A stretch of DNA of 32,000 nucleotides from positions 2,340,001-2,372,000 of the forward strand of contig NC_006138.1 in NCBI RefSeq assembly GCF_000025945.1, written 5' to 3'. Shown one piece after another: positions 23,389 through 32,000 of the stretch (position 1 is its first letter; every line of letters begins with the position of its first letter). Both the position numbers and the translations under genes were made by a program. The stretch is from Desulfotalea psychrophila LSv54 (GTDB lineage Bacteria; Desulfobacterota; Desulfobulbia; Desulfobulbales; Desulfocapsaceae). The notes beneath the pieces are model-generated. The model was not told the origin of the DNA. It saw nothing but the letters and a program-made list of their open reading frames with translations, and made no database searches.

Positions 23389-26220
23389 TCAATCTATTCC
23401 GGTCGTGACTTCATCGACCAGGTACATGATCGACATATAAGGAATGCCGAGTTGTTCTGTGCAGCCGATCTCACACGTTCGGCTGTTTGAATATCCGACC
23501 ACAGCTCCCTCCTTTTTGATCACTGGCACCGCTGTTCTCAGGCCATGAGCGTTGAGAGCAGGCAGATGAAAACCTTTGTCTCCGGCAAATCCGCAACAGT
23601 TTACATCAGGGGGCAAAATCACCTTGTCTGCACACATTGAGGCAACCTCTTGTAAAATTTTGGCAAGGCCCATTTTTTGGGTTGAGCAGGTCGCGTGGAT
23701 GGCTATGGTCTGCTTTTTAGGAGTAAAATGCAGCTTATTTAATAAAAATTTATGTACAAATTCAGCAGGTTCGTAAAGTTTTAGTTTGCTGTCCATGACT
23801 CTGCGCATTCGATATATACAAGGCGATGTGTCACAGAGCACCGGATACTTTCCCTGCTCAGAAGCGATAAGCAGTGCCTGCTCAAGTTCGCTGGACTTCA
23901 TGTCCGCTGTTTCGGTAAAACCCTTTGACTCCCAAGGGGTACCGCAACAGAGATTTTTCATACCTTTAGGGAAAATGATGCCATAGCCGGCTTTCTTGAG
24001 TACCCGAATGGTCACCTCTGATACAGACTCAGTCACCGGGTCATCCTTTGCCGGTCCCATGGCCCGGGCAATGCAAGACGGAAAATAGACAACTTTTTGC
24101 TCAGCATCAGTATTGATTGGGGTCTCTTCTGGAGCTGATACGCCACTTGGCATGGCAGCTGTCCACTGTGGTATGTGATTGCCACTTATAGAACGTGCCG
24201 TATCGCATATTTTACCAAAATTTTTGGTACCCAAGAGCCGATGCATTCCTCCGACCATCCCTAATGCAACGGAAGCGGTGCTGCAGATCAGGCCCAGATG
24301 TTCACCGGTAAAGTTGCCTACTTTTTTCCCAAAGGCACTGTGATTTGCCGCACGTATTTGTTTAATATATTTCCCGGTATCAATGGAGACAGGGCATGAC
24401 GTTTCGCAAAGTCCGTCACCTGCGCAGCTCTCCTCGCCCTGGAAGACAAAACCTTTTTCAAGTTCAGCAAGGCGCTCAGGGTTTTCGCCACTTTTTTTCA
24501 GTCTCGCGATCTCTCGCTGTACAACAATACGCTGGCGGGCAGAGAGGCTGAAATGGTTTGACATGCAGTTAACTTCACAAAAACCACATTCAATACATTT
24601 ATCGATCAAGGGATCACACTGGGGCAAGGGTTTGAAGTTTTTTAAATAGCACTCGGGATCGTCATTAATGATAACACCCGGATTGAGGATAGTATCCGGA
24701 TCAAAGAGCCTCTTGATTTCACACATCAGCTCATAGCCTTTTTTACCCCATTCTTTCTTGACAAATGGTGCCATATTCCGTCCGGTGCCATGTTCTGCCT
24801 TTAAGGAACCGTCGTATTTATCGACGGTCATATTGATGACGGCGTGCATCATCGCAGCGTAACGCTGCACCTCTTTTGGGTCGCTGAAATCCTGGTTGAG
24901 GATGAAATGAAAATTTCCTTCGAGGGCATGACCGTAAATAACGGCGTCAGTGTAACCATGTTCAACGATGATATCCTGCAGCTCCTTAGTAGCCTCGGGC
25001 AGGGTTTCCATGTGGTAGGCGACGTCTTCAATGAGACAGGTCGTGCCGATTTCCCGCATGCCGCCGACAGCAGGAAATACCCCTTTACGGATATTCCACA
25101 ACTGTTCGTTTTCAGCCGGGTCGGAAGTGAATTCGACGGGGCGAAGCGTTGTAAAGTCGTTGAGGATTTCTTTGATTTGGATAATATTTTTAGCGAGGAT
25201 ATCTTCATCCGAGGCCATGGTCTCTATGAGGACAGCAGTGGTTGTTTCATCAAAATCCTTGATGAAATCGGGAATTCCCTCTTTGTTCTCGACCGATTTT
25301 AAAGCCAGCCGGTCAAGTAGCTCCGCGCCATCTACCGGTCCTTCTTTCAACGCTACAGCTGCCTTACATGCCGTTATGATGTCCGGAAAATAGACCATGG
25401 AACTTGCCTTGCACTTGTAGGTGGGCACTGAACGCATTACCACCTCTGATATGAATGCCAGTGCACCTTCTGAACCGATCAGCAGATTGATGATAATTTG
25501 GAAGGGGTCATCGTAGTCAATAAAAGGATTAATGGAAAATCCGGTGGTGTTTTTTATGGAATATTTTTTTCTTATTCGAGCTGCAAACGTTTCATCTGCA
25601 CCTACCCTGTCCCGAATTTCTTCAATTTTTTCCACAAACCCTGGTCGGGTACGTCGAAAGGATTCACGGCTGTCAGCATCTGCGGTGTCAAGCAGAGTGC
25701 CGTCTGCGAAAATAATTTTAGCCGCTTCGATGGTTTTGTAGGCATTCTCATGGGTGCCGCAGTTCATACCGGAGGCGTTGTTAATGATGATACCGCCAAC
25801 CATTGCGGAGTTTATGGAAGCAGGGTCCGGCCCAAATTTGCGATTATACGGGGCCAGAATGCGATTAACCTTAGCCCCTACAATTCCAGGTTGGAGGCGG
25901 ATTTTTTGTCCCTCTTCCAATACTTCGTAGTCTTCCCACCCTTCACCTGCCATAAGTAAAATAGAATCGGAGATGGCCTGGCCGGAAAGAGAGGTGCCTG
26001 CTGCTTTGAAGGTTACCGGGAGTTTTTTAGACGATGCTTCGCGCAGACAAAGCTGCATCTCCTTTTCATTTGCAACCCGTACCACGACCTGTGGTTCTAA
26101 GCGGTAAAAGCCACCGTCCGTGCCATAAGCCAGGCATCGAAGCGTATCGGTAAAGATTCGTTCTTTCGGAATAAGGGTGGATATTGCCTTTACATAATTT
26201 TGATATTCAACGTTGCTCAT
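23389..26220 (-). CDS. FAD-binding and Fe-S-binding oxidoreductase, D-lactate dehydrogenase/glycolate oxidase-like (FAD_binding_4 + FAD-oxidase_C + 4Fe-4S + CCG domains)
   Basis: PVTFKAAGTSLSGQAISDSILL, GTGRNMAPFVKKEWG, CIECGFCEVNC, CAGDGLCETSCPV, and two cysteine-rich CCG motifs (NLCCGTPWESKG; VNCCGFAGDKG). A lactate permease lies divergently next to it. Confidence 0.88.
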   Translation of the reverse strand: MSNVEYQNYVKAISTLIPKERIFTDTLRCLAYGTDGGFYRLEPQVVVRVANEKEMQLCLREASSKKLPVTFKAAGTSLSGQAISDSILLMAGEGWEDYEVLEEGQKIRLQPGIVGAKVNRILAPYNRKFGPDPASINSAMVGGIIINNASGMNCGTHENAYKTIEAAKIIFADGTLLDTADADSRESFRRTRPGFVEKIEEIRDRVGADETFAARIRKKYSIKNTTGFSINPFIDYDDPFQIIINLLIGSEGALAFISEVVMRSVPTYKCKASSMVYFPDIITACKAAVALKEGPVDGAELLDRLALKSVENKEGIPDFIKDFDETTTAVLIETMASDEDILAKNIIQIKEILNDFTTLRPVEFTSDPAENEQLWNIRKGVFPAVGGMREIGTTCLIEDVAYHMETLPEATKELQDIIVEHGYTDAVIYGHALEGNFHFILNQDFSDPKEVQRYAAMMHAVINMTVDKYDGSLKAEHGTGRNMAPFVKKEWGKKGYELMCEIKRLFDPDTILNPGVIINDDPECYLKNFKPLPQCDPLIDKCIECGFCEVNCMSNHFSLSARQRIVVQREIARLKKSGENPERLAELEKGFVFQGEESCAGDGLCETSCPVSIDTGKYIKQIRAANHSAFGKKVGNFTGEHLGLICSTASVALGMVGGMHRLLGTKNFGKICDTARSISGNHIPQWTAAMPSGVSAPEETPINTDAEQKVVYFPSCIARAMGPAKDDPVTESVSEVTIRVLKKAGYGIIFPKGMKNLCCGTPWESKGFTETADMKSSELEQALLIASEQGKYPVLCDTSPCIYRMRRVMDSKLKLYEPAEFVHKFLLNKLHFTPKKQTIAIHATCSTQKMGLAKILQEVASMCADKVILPPDVNCCGFAGDKGFHLPALNAHGLRTAVPVIKKEGAVVGYSNSRTCEIGCTEQLGIPYMSIMYLVDEVTTGID

Positions 26221-26848
26221 AGGAGCCTCTTTGTAAAATATTAAATAATTTTCAACATGTTACGGTGTGCTAAAAGGTTTTTAGAGTATTCATAGTGATC
26301 GCTGATTATGTGATTTTTTTCTTTACTTGCATGTGCTTGAATGGCTGTAATTGCAACCGTATTGACAATATCATGAACAGTACCCCCTGCTGAGATCGTG
26401 CACCGGTTTGTTGAACTCTTCTAGGGCCAGTGACTGGGGAGCCTTTTGTAGCTCTTTGCACAGCTTTAGGGACTTGGATCTTTGAATCGAAAGATAATCG
26501 GCTTGCCAATAAAGTAGGTGATCGGCAAGTCACATCTTTGCGACCAAAAACATGATAAAGCATAGACATGGATATGAATCCCCTGCTTGAATTGATTCTA
26601 CTACAAACAACCTGCCTCATTCCATGTCCTTTTGTTTTTTATTTTTCACCACAGTTACTCGTTTGCCGAATGAACTAAAAAAATAAGCCCCAAGATACCA
26701 TTCCAGGTTCCCAAACCAAGGTTCTGGGTAACTCAGTCCTTTCTTGCAGAGACGATTTTACCCGCTTTGACTGTCACCCCTCCACCGCAAACTAAAATAA
26801 GCTACAATAACAAAGGAATAAAAAATATTAGCCCTGCCGGTATGCTTA

Positions 26849-26878
26849 TTGACATATTAAATATAAGCTCTCGATATT
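26849..26878 (+). promoter_or_regulatory. Possible sigma70-like promoter for the lactate permease gene
   Basis: TTGACA (26849-26854), 18-nt spacer, GATATT (26873-26878). The -35 is perfect and the -10 is weak. Confidence 0.35.
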
Positions 26879-27005
26879 TACCCAGAGCGACAGGCAGAAG
26901 AAGCATTCTCTTTTGTCAGCACCTTTAAAGAATAAACAGGCTTTTATTCTGGTGAAAATGCTTCACTGTAACAGGCAGTTCACGATTACTAGTCAAGGAG
27001 AAAAC

Positions 27006-28718
27006 ATGTCCGTAGGAATTTTAGCCCTTGTGGCGCTCGTTCCCCTCATGCTGGCCTTGGTACTCATGGTCGGCCTCCGTTGGCCTGCCACCAAGGCTAT
27101 GCCCGTTGCCTGGCTTTCCTGTGTTATTGGAGGAATTGCAGTCTGGCAACTTCCCGCCAGCTATATCGCGGCCCTCACACTTCAGGGACTCGTCACAGCA
27201 ATAGGTATTCTTATTATTGTTTTCGGTGCGATTATCATCCTCTACACCCTGCAGTACAGTGGTGGCATGGAAACCATTCAATATGGATTCCAAAATATTA
27301 CCCGTGATCGTCGTATCCAGGTGCTTATCATCGGTTATATGTTTGCTGCCTTTATTGAAGGCGCAGCAGGCTTTGGTACCCCGGCAGCCCTTGCCGCACC
27401 TCTGCTCTTAAGTCTTGGCTTTCCCCCACTCTGTGCGGTGGTCATGTGCCTTGTCTTTAACTCCTTCCCCGTAACCTTCGGAGCTGTTGGTACCCCTGTT
27501 GTTCTTGGTTTTAGTTATCTCACAGGCCTGGTAGACGAGGCGGTTCAAGTGGCTGCTCCGGGGGTAAACTTTACCTCCATGGAAGGCTTTAACCAGCTTG
27601 TCACTCAGTGGGCTACCCTGATGCACCTGCCCATGATTTTCATCCTTCCCATCTTTATGCTCGGCTTTATGACCCGCTACTTCGGGAAAAATCGCAAGTG
27701 GAGTGAAGGATTTGCTGCCTGGAAGTTCTGTATTTTCTCAGCCGTAGCCTTTTCTGTTCCTTACCTCCTGACAGCATGGCTGGTAGGCCCGGAATTTCCT
27801 TCCCTTATCGGTGGTCTTGTTGGACTTGGTATCGTTGTTTTTGGCGCTAAAAAGAACTTCTGTATGCCTAAGAAAAGCTGGGATTTCGGTCCCTCATCGG
27901 AATGGGATAAAGAGTGGACCGGTCTTGTTAGCGCCGATAATTCGGGTGAATTCAAAGCCCATATGAGCCAGCTTCGGGCCTGGGCTCCATATATTCTCAT
28001 TGGCCTCATTCTTGTCGTGACCCGTATACCATCCCTCGGTCTGAAGGGGATACTTGCAGGTGTTTCTATTCCCTTTACCGATATCCTCGGCTTTGAGTCC
28101 GTTGATGCCAGCATAAAGTACCTCTATCTTCCAGGAACCATCCCCTTTGCCCTGGTGGCCATCCTCACCATCTTCCTGCACAGAATGCCTGCCGCCAAGG
28201 CAGTCATTGCCTGGAAGGAGGCTATTAGCAAGATGAAGAGCCCAGCCATTGCCCTCTTCTTCTCTGTTTCCATCGTCTCCATCTTTAAAGGTTCCGGAAT
28301 TGTTGATGCTGCCCTGAATCCAAATAACTATCCATCAATGCCTCTGGCACTTGCCGAGGCGGTTTCCGGACTGGCAGGACAGACCTGGCCGATGTTTGCC
28401 TCATTTGTTGGCGGTCTTGGTTCTTTTATCACCGGTTCCAATACGGTTTCCGATCTTCTCTTTGCAGAATTTCAATGGGGCGTAGCATCCAGCCTTGGTC
28501 TCCCTCATCAGATCATCATTGCTGCCCAGGGCGTTGGCGGAGCAATGGGTAATATGATCTGCATCCACAACATTGTAGCAGTATGTGCTGTGGCTGGACT
28601 CTCCGGCAGGGAGGGCGCAATCCTTAAACGTACGGCCTTACCCTTTCTTATCTACGGTCTGGTTGTGGGAATTATGGTCTACCTCATGTCCTTCGTCTTC
28701 TTGCCAGGGGTTTTTTAG
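27006..28718 (+). CDS. lldP: L-lactate permease family transporter
   Basis: [36 protein letters not shown]... and [64 protein letters not shown], typical of LctP/LldP. CAAGGAG lies upstream of ATG 27006; the ORF-track start at 26913 is probably too early. Confidence 0.92.
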   Translation: MSVGILALVALVPLMLALVLMVGLRWPATKAMPVAWLSCVIGGIAVWQLPASYIAALTLQGLVTAIGILIIVFGAIIILYTLQYSGGMETIQYGFQNITRDRRIQVLIIGYMFAAFIEGAAGFGTPAALAAPLLLSLGFPPLCAVVMCLVFNSFPVTFGAVGTPVVLGFSYLTGLVDEAVQVAAPGVNFTSMEGFNQLVTQWATLMHLPMIFILPIFMLGFMTRYFGKNRKWSEGFAAWKFCIFSAVAFSVPYLLTAWLVGPEFPSLIGGLVGLGIVVFGAKKNFCMPKKSWDFGPSSEWDKEWTGLVSADNSGEFKAHMSQLRAWAPYILIGLILVVTRIPSLGLKGILAGVSIPFTDILGFESVDASIKYLYLPGTIPFALVAILTIFLHRMPAAKAVIAWKEAISKMKSPAIALFFSVSIVSIFKGSGIVDAALNPNNYPSMPLALAEAVSGLAGQTWPMFASFVGGLGSFITGSNTVSDLLFAEFQWGVASSLGLPHQIIIAAQGVGGAMGNMICIHNIVAVCAVAGLSGREGAILKRTALPFLIYGLVVGIMVYLMSFVFLPGVF

Positions 28719-28767
28719 AGCTAAAAAAAAGCAGATAGGCAACCAACAGGGACCTAATTAGCTAACA

Positions 28768-28803
28768 AGTAGCTCCAGTGGAACGCGTTCCGCTGGAGCT
28801 ACT
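28768..28803. terminator. Strong 18-bp hairpin after the lactate permease gene
   Basis: AGTAGCTCCAGTGGAACG / CGTTCCGCTGGAGCTACT are inverse complements except for one G-U-compatible position. Confidence 0.65.
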
Positions 28804-29372
28804 CGTGCCCACTGACCTTGGCGCCCCCCCCCTCACTCCTCAATAAGCAGACATTGACTCACGGCCACACCGTTACCGCAGGGAAGCTGGCCTGTCTGAT
28901 GGTCTCCGCCTGGGTAGGCGCTGATCTCATTCATCCCCATGGTCATTTTTTTCATACTATCTCCTTAGCCCCGTGTTGTGGGCTAATCTACAACGACTAA
29001 ATCATCACTCATCTCGTCCTGCTCTTTCGGCCTTGGCCATTAGCGGATACCTACCACATCCTCTGCCCAGAGGGTCAGACAGAAACAGTCCCATAAATGC
29101 TTGTTTCCTTGCCCGATTGCGCCCAGACCCTCTTGAATATTTTGCTGAACGGGTCCATGGAGCTTGTGCTCTAAAAAAAGTATCACAGTAGCGGCCGAAG
29201 GTTTCATCGGCCACCTTGAGACGCAGACGTCCTTTTGCCTCTTCTTCCAGGGCCTCGGTGATGAAGCTTTCGAGCAGCGATTCGAGGGCGGTTTTGAAAC
29301 AGGGATGAGGAGAGATGAATCATATCTCTATAGCTTATTTCTTGTGCGGAACATTTTTTTTATGTAGTACCT

Positions 29373-29787
29373 GTGTTAGCGATTTTACAGAGAGCGAGGG
29401 GCGGTAGTCTGCCTATCACGCAAGATTGCGCTTCAGGTCTGTATAATAGCTTGGTCGATGACGAAACTATCTTGTGTGAGTTATTCAAGAGATCTCTTGA
29501 AGCGTTTGGTTATGAGGTCACATCTTTTTCTGATAGTCTCAATGCATTCAAGCATTTTCAACAAAATTATGAATCCTACGATATTGTGGTAGTGGATATG
29601 ACAATGCCAAATTTGACCGGACTCGATCTGATTAAAGAGATTCTACGGATATGCCCTGATAGCAAAAGCATACTTTGTACAGGATATAATAGCACTGTAA
29701 CCGAAACCAAAGCACTCTCTTCTGCTTAAACCATTTTTGCCCCGACTATTAGCAGAAACAATACGTAAGATATTTGACAATACCTAA
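29373..29787 (+). pseudogene. Decayed response regulator receiver domain
   Basis: The open frame has VDDETILCELFKRSLEAFGYEVTSFSDS...YDIVVVDMTMPNLTGLDLIKEI...ILCTG and then stops early. The typical end (LLLKPF..., then ARLLAETIRKIFDNT*) is readable in other frames downstream to 29787. Confidence 0.6.
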
Positions 29788-30231
29788 CTGTTTGGTCTTT
29801 GACGATTCAACAGACCTTTATTGAAGCGCAGGAGCGGAAAACAACTCCTGGTAACTCTCTTTTAAGACTTTTATTAATTATCAGACAAGCTTTCTAGAAC
29901 ATCATGGGAAAGAGCAGATCAGCCAGTTATATAACTGGAACCGGTATAAGGTAGCATTAATCTATCCGCTGGGAATATGTAAGGACGTGAAGGGGAATAT
30001 ATTCGTAATTGTTGGGTGAAACCTACTCGACTTTTTAAAAGATACCGAACATAAGTTAGAGGAATACTTGACCAAGTCCTCGGGAAATTTTTGCAGGGGA
30101 TGCAACTGAAGTATCGAGGAGAAGAATACTCGGCTAATGTAACTAGGCCACAGCCATTTAAACTCAGGTGCATTCTACTACACCTGAGAGGCGGGCTGTT
30201 GACCTGCTGACGGTGTTATTTTTTAAGCTCC

Positions 30232-30660
30232 TTATAAAGGCTCACTGCCTTTATGTAGAGAAGAAAACTTGGTGGTATCCCAGTCAGCAACTTCTTCCTT
30301 TGGTTTTTGTCGAGTGTGAATACCCTGTGCCTGTTTGATATCGTAATTGAGGGCATCTTCCTCCCCTCTTACCTGTAACCAATTACAGAGCTGAGTGTCA
30401 TTATTAGCATCATCAGCTGCATTGGGTGTAGTAAGGTAGGCGATTTCCAACATACGATCGTGGGTGGTGTCGACATCAGCCTCTTTTGCATACCGCTCTG
30501 CTTCGGCATATGTGTTGAATTTCATCATTTTTTCAATATGCTCGAAACGGCAGTACTTGTCGAAGGCGATGCACCATGGTGTATAGTGATAATCAGCGCC
30601 AAACATCGTGGTATCAAACTGTTTTATAACAATGACAAAGAACCCTTTGACCTTTTTCAT
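30232..30660 (-). CDS. Hypothetical protein, 142 aa
   Basis: Open frame with an AGAGAGG Shine-Dalgarno-like sequence upstream of ATG 30660 (RC of cctctct). The N-terminus is basic and hydrophobic and the composition looks normal. I recognise no family. Confidence 0.5.
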   Translation of the reverse strand: MKKVKGFFVIVIKQFDTTMFGADYHYTPWCIAFDKYCRFEHIEKMMKFNTYAEAERYAKEADVDTTHDRMLEIAYLTTPNAADDANNDTQLCNWLQVRGEEDALNYDIKQAQGIHTRQKPKEEVADWDTTKFSSLHKGSEPL

Positions 30661-30934
30661 AGATGACCTCTCTTTAAAAAATGGACTTCCAGTTGCCCCC
30701 TACTATGCTTTATAACTTATATATAGGTTTTTTTGGAATTCATTACAAGTAAAAAAAGTGTAAAAAAATGCTGTCAACTGACCAAAATCCTGTCTTTATT
30801 TGGATAGACACGTTTATCGTCGGTTTTTGAATTCTTTTGCATACTGTTTACGCATTCTCAGTTCTCGTTTCGCCCAAGGATTTTCCAATATTTTTTGAGG
30901 AGCAAACTATCCTGACACCTATGCCTTCGTCTAT

Positions 30935-31996
30935 TTAGTTTACGCTGCCCTTCAGTATTTGATCGGAATAGATAGCCATTTCGGATTCAAACTTTTTAAA
31001 GCGATTTGTGAGAGAAATGATTGTCTTCTCTCGTTCTTTGTTGGGGAGGAAAGAATATTTAATGCTGTTAAACGCATATTGTTTGATGGTTTGGTAACTT
31101 GGTTTATATCTCGTAGCTAACAAAACATATTCATGACTTAAGTTGTTTCTCGAAACCCCAGAATCGTCTGTGCATATAACTATTGGGACACCATATGCAG
31201 AATAAATCAAATATGGGTGCTCTTGACCTTTAACTCCTAATATAAATTCATTGCTGGTAAAATTAATTTCTACCACTGCTTTCTCTTTAATTGCCCTCAA
31301 AAGGTCGATGGCATCTTCTTCATAAGGTAAGTCAACGCCATGGCCAATTCTTTGAGCACCGGCAATATTTACTGCCTGATCAACATGGAATGTCAAATTT
31401 TTTGGGCGCACCATACCAAGAGTAAGCTCTCCAGCGTGCAATGCTACGTTAACCTCAGGATATTTTTTTCTGAGATAAGAGAAAAATTGCATATGTAATT
31501 CGTAATCCTCGATTGCCACCACGCCATTTTCAGGGCCCACGAGATTAACCCCGACGATAAGCTCAGATTGATCAGCTGCCTGAAATGCTGCATAGAGTGC
31601 AGAAAAAACTTTGCTTGGCACACTATTTCGTGATGTGTATGTTTGATAGCGCATCATGAATTGCTCATCGTCCACATTCGCGTTTTCGTGAGCTGTTTTA
31701 ATTCCTGTGGTAAAATCATTTGTTTTTTCAGTAAAAGTATTATCCCCGTCAATCTTTGATGATTGTTCGTCCAAAAGCGAAAATAATTCTTCGTTATCAC
31801 TATATGTTCTTACGTTTGTATCAAATATTGGATCTGGATATGAATAGCCAACTGATTTAATCATCGTCTCTATATAGCTGACATTTTCTTTTATGGCTCG
31901 CTTTTTGAAGACCAGCATACCCTTTTCATAGCTTTGAGAAACGTATCCAAAATAGCCAAATGTATTAAAGAAATTTGCATCAGGTGGTAATTGCAA
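30935..31996 (-). CDS. Adenosine deaminase-like amidohydrolase, truncated at the window edge
   Basis: VNVALHAGELTLG, AQRIGHGVDLPYE, VEINFTSNEFILG and VPIVICTDDSGVSR match the HAGE, RIGHG and TDD metal/catalytic motifs. The N-terminal HxH motif would lie outside the window. Confidence 0.8.
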   Translation of the reverse strand: MQLPPDANFFNTFGYFGYVSQSYEKGMLVFKKRAIKENVSYIETMIKSVGYSYPDPIFDTNVRTYSDNEELFSLLDEQSSKIDGDNTFTEKTNDFTTGIKTAHENANVDDEQFMMRYQTYTSRNSVPSKVFSALYAAFQAADQSELIVGVNLVGPENGVVAIEDYELHMQFFSYLRKKYPEVNVALHAGELTLGMVRPKNLTFHVDQAVNIAGAQRIGHGVDLPYEEDAIDLLRAIKEKAVVEINFTSNEFILGVKGQEHPYLIYSAYGVPIVICTDDSGVSRNNLSHEYVLLATRYKPSYQTIKQYAFNSIKYSFLPNKEREKTIISLTNRFKKFESEMAIYSDQILKGSVN

Positions 31997-32000
31997 CTGA

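Noticed and set aside
23499-25959. Plus-strand ORFs opposite the 943-aa oxidoreductase
   Set aside because: They are antisense to a convincingly conserved FAD/Fe-S enzyme and have no own motifs.
26306-26620. 104-aa minus-strand ORF between the oxidoreductase and permease genes
   Set aside because: It has no recognisable domain or good ribosome-binding site, and the composition looks like non-coding sequence. It could be a transposase scrap, but I cannot support that.
28870-29367. Overlapping short ORFs (28973..29191, 29005..29214, 29164..29367)
   Set aside because: They overlap on both strands, and I recognise no family. They may be remnants of one decayed minus-strand gene (LKVADETFGRYCDTFF), but this is not strong enough to call.

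Overview
This 32 kb bacterial window is probably from a deltaproteobacterial or sulfate-reducer-like genome. That lineage guess is inferred from gene content only. From left to right I can support:
- the 3' end of a YihE/SrkA-like kinase
- a TRIC/UPF0126 membrane protein gene broken by a frameshift
- an unannotated 40-aa secreted micropeptide on the minus strand
- a cold-shock + DUF1294 protein
- a CBS-domain protein overlapping an ArsB/NhaD-type transporter
- an HD-GYP protein with an ABC_sub_bind-like periplasmic domain
- two tandem, near-identical giant autotransporters (2332 and 2363 aa, minus strand) with Gly-rich SVGGGGG repeats
- a large FAD/Fe-S/CCG oxidoreductase, probably a D-lactate dehydrogenase type
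- a lactate permease
- a decayed response regulator
- a small hypothetical gene
- the C-terminal part of an adenosine deaminase-like protein.
The most interesting region is the autotransporter array, direct repeats of 7190 and 7283 bp. Between the two copies lie an internally deleted IS6-family remnant with both terminal repeats and an esterase pseudogene fragment. The whole array is bracketed by an imperfect 23/24-bp inverted repeat. I see no tRNA, rRNA or CRISPR array and no clear new defence system. The system-level ideas below are hypotheses.
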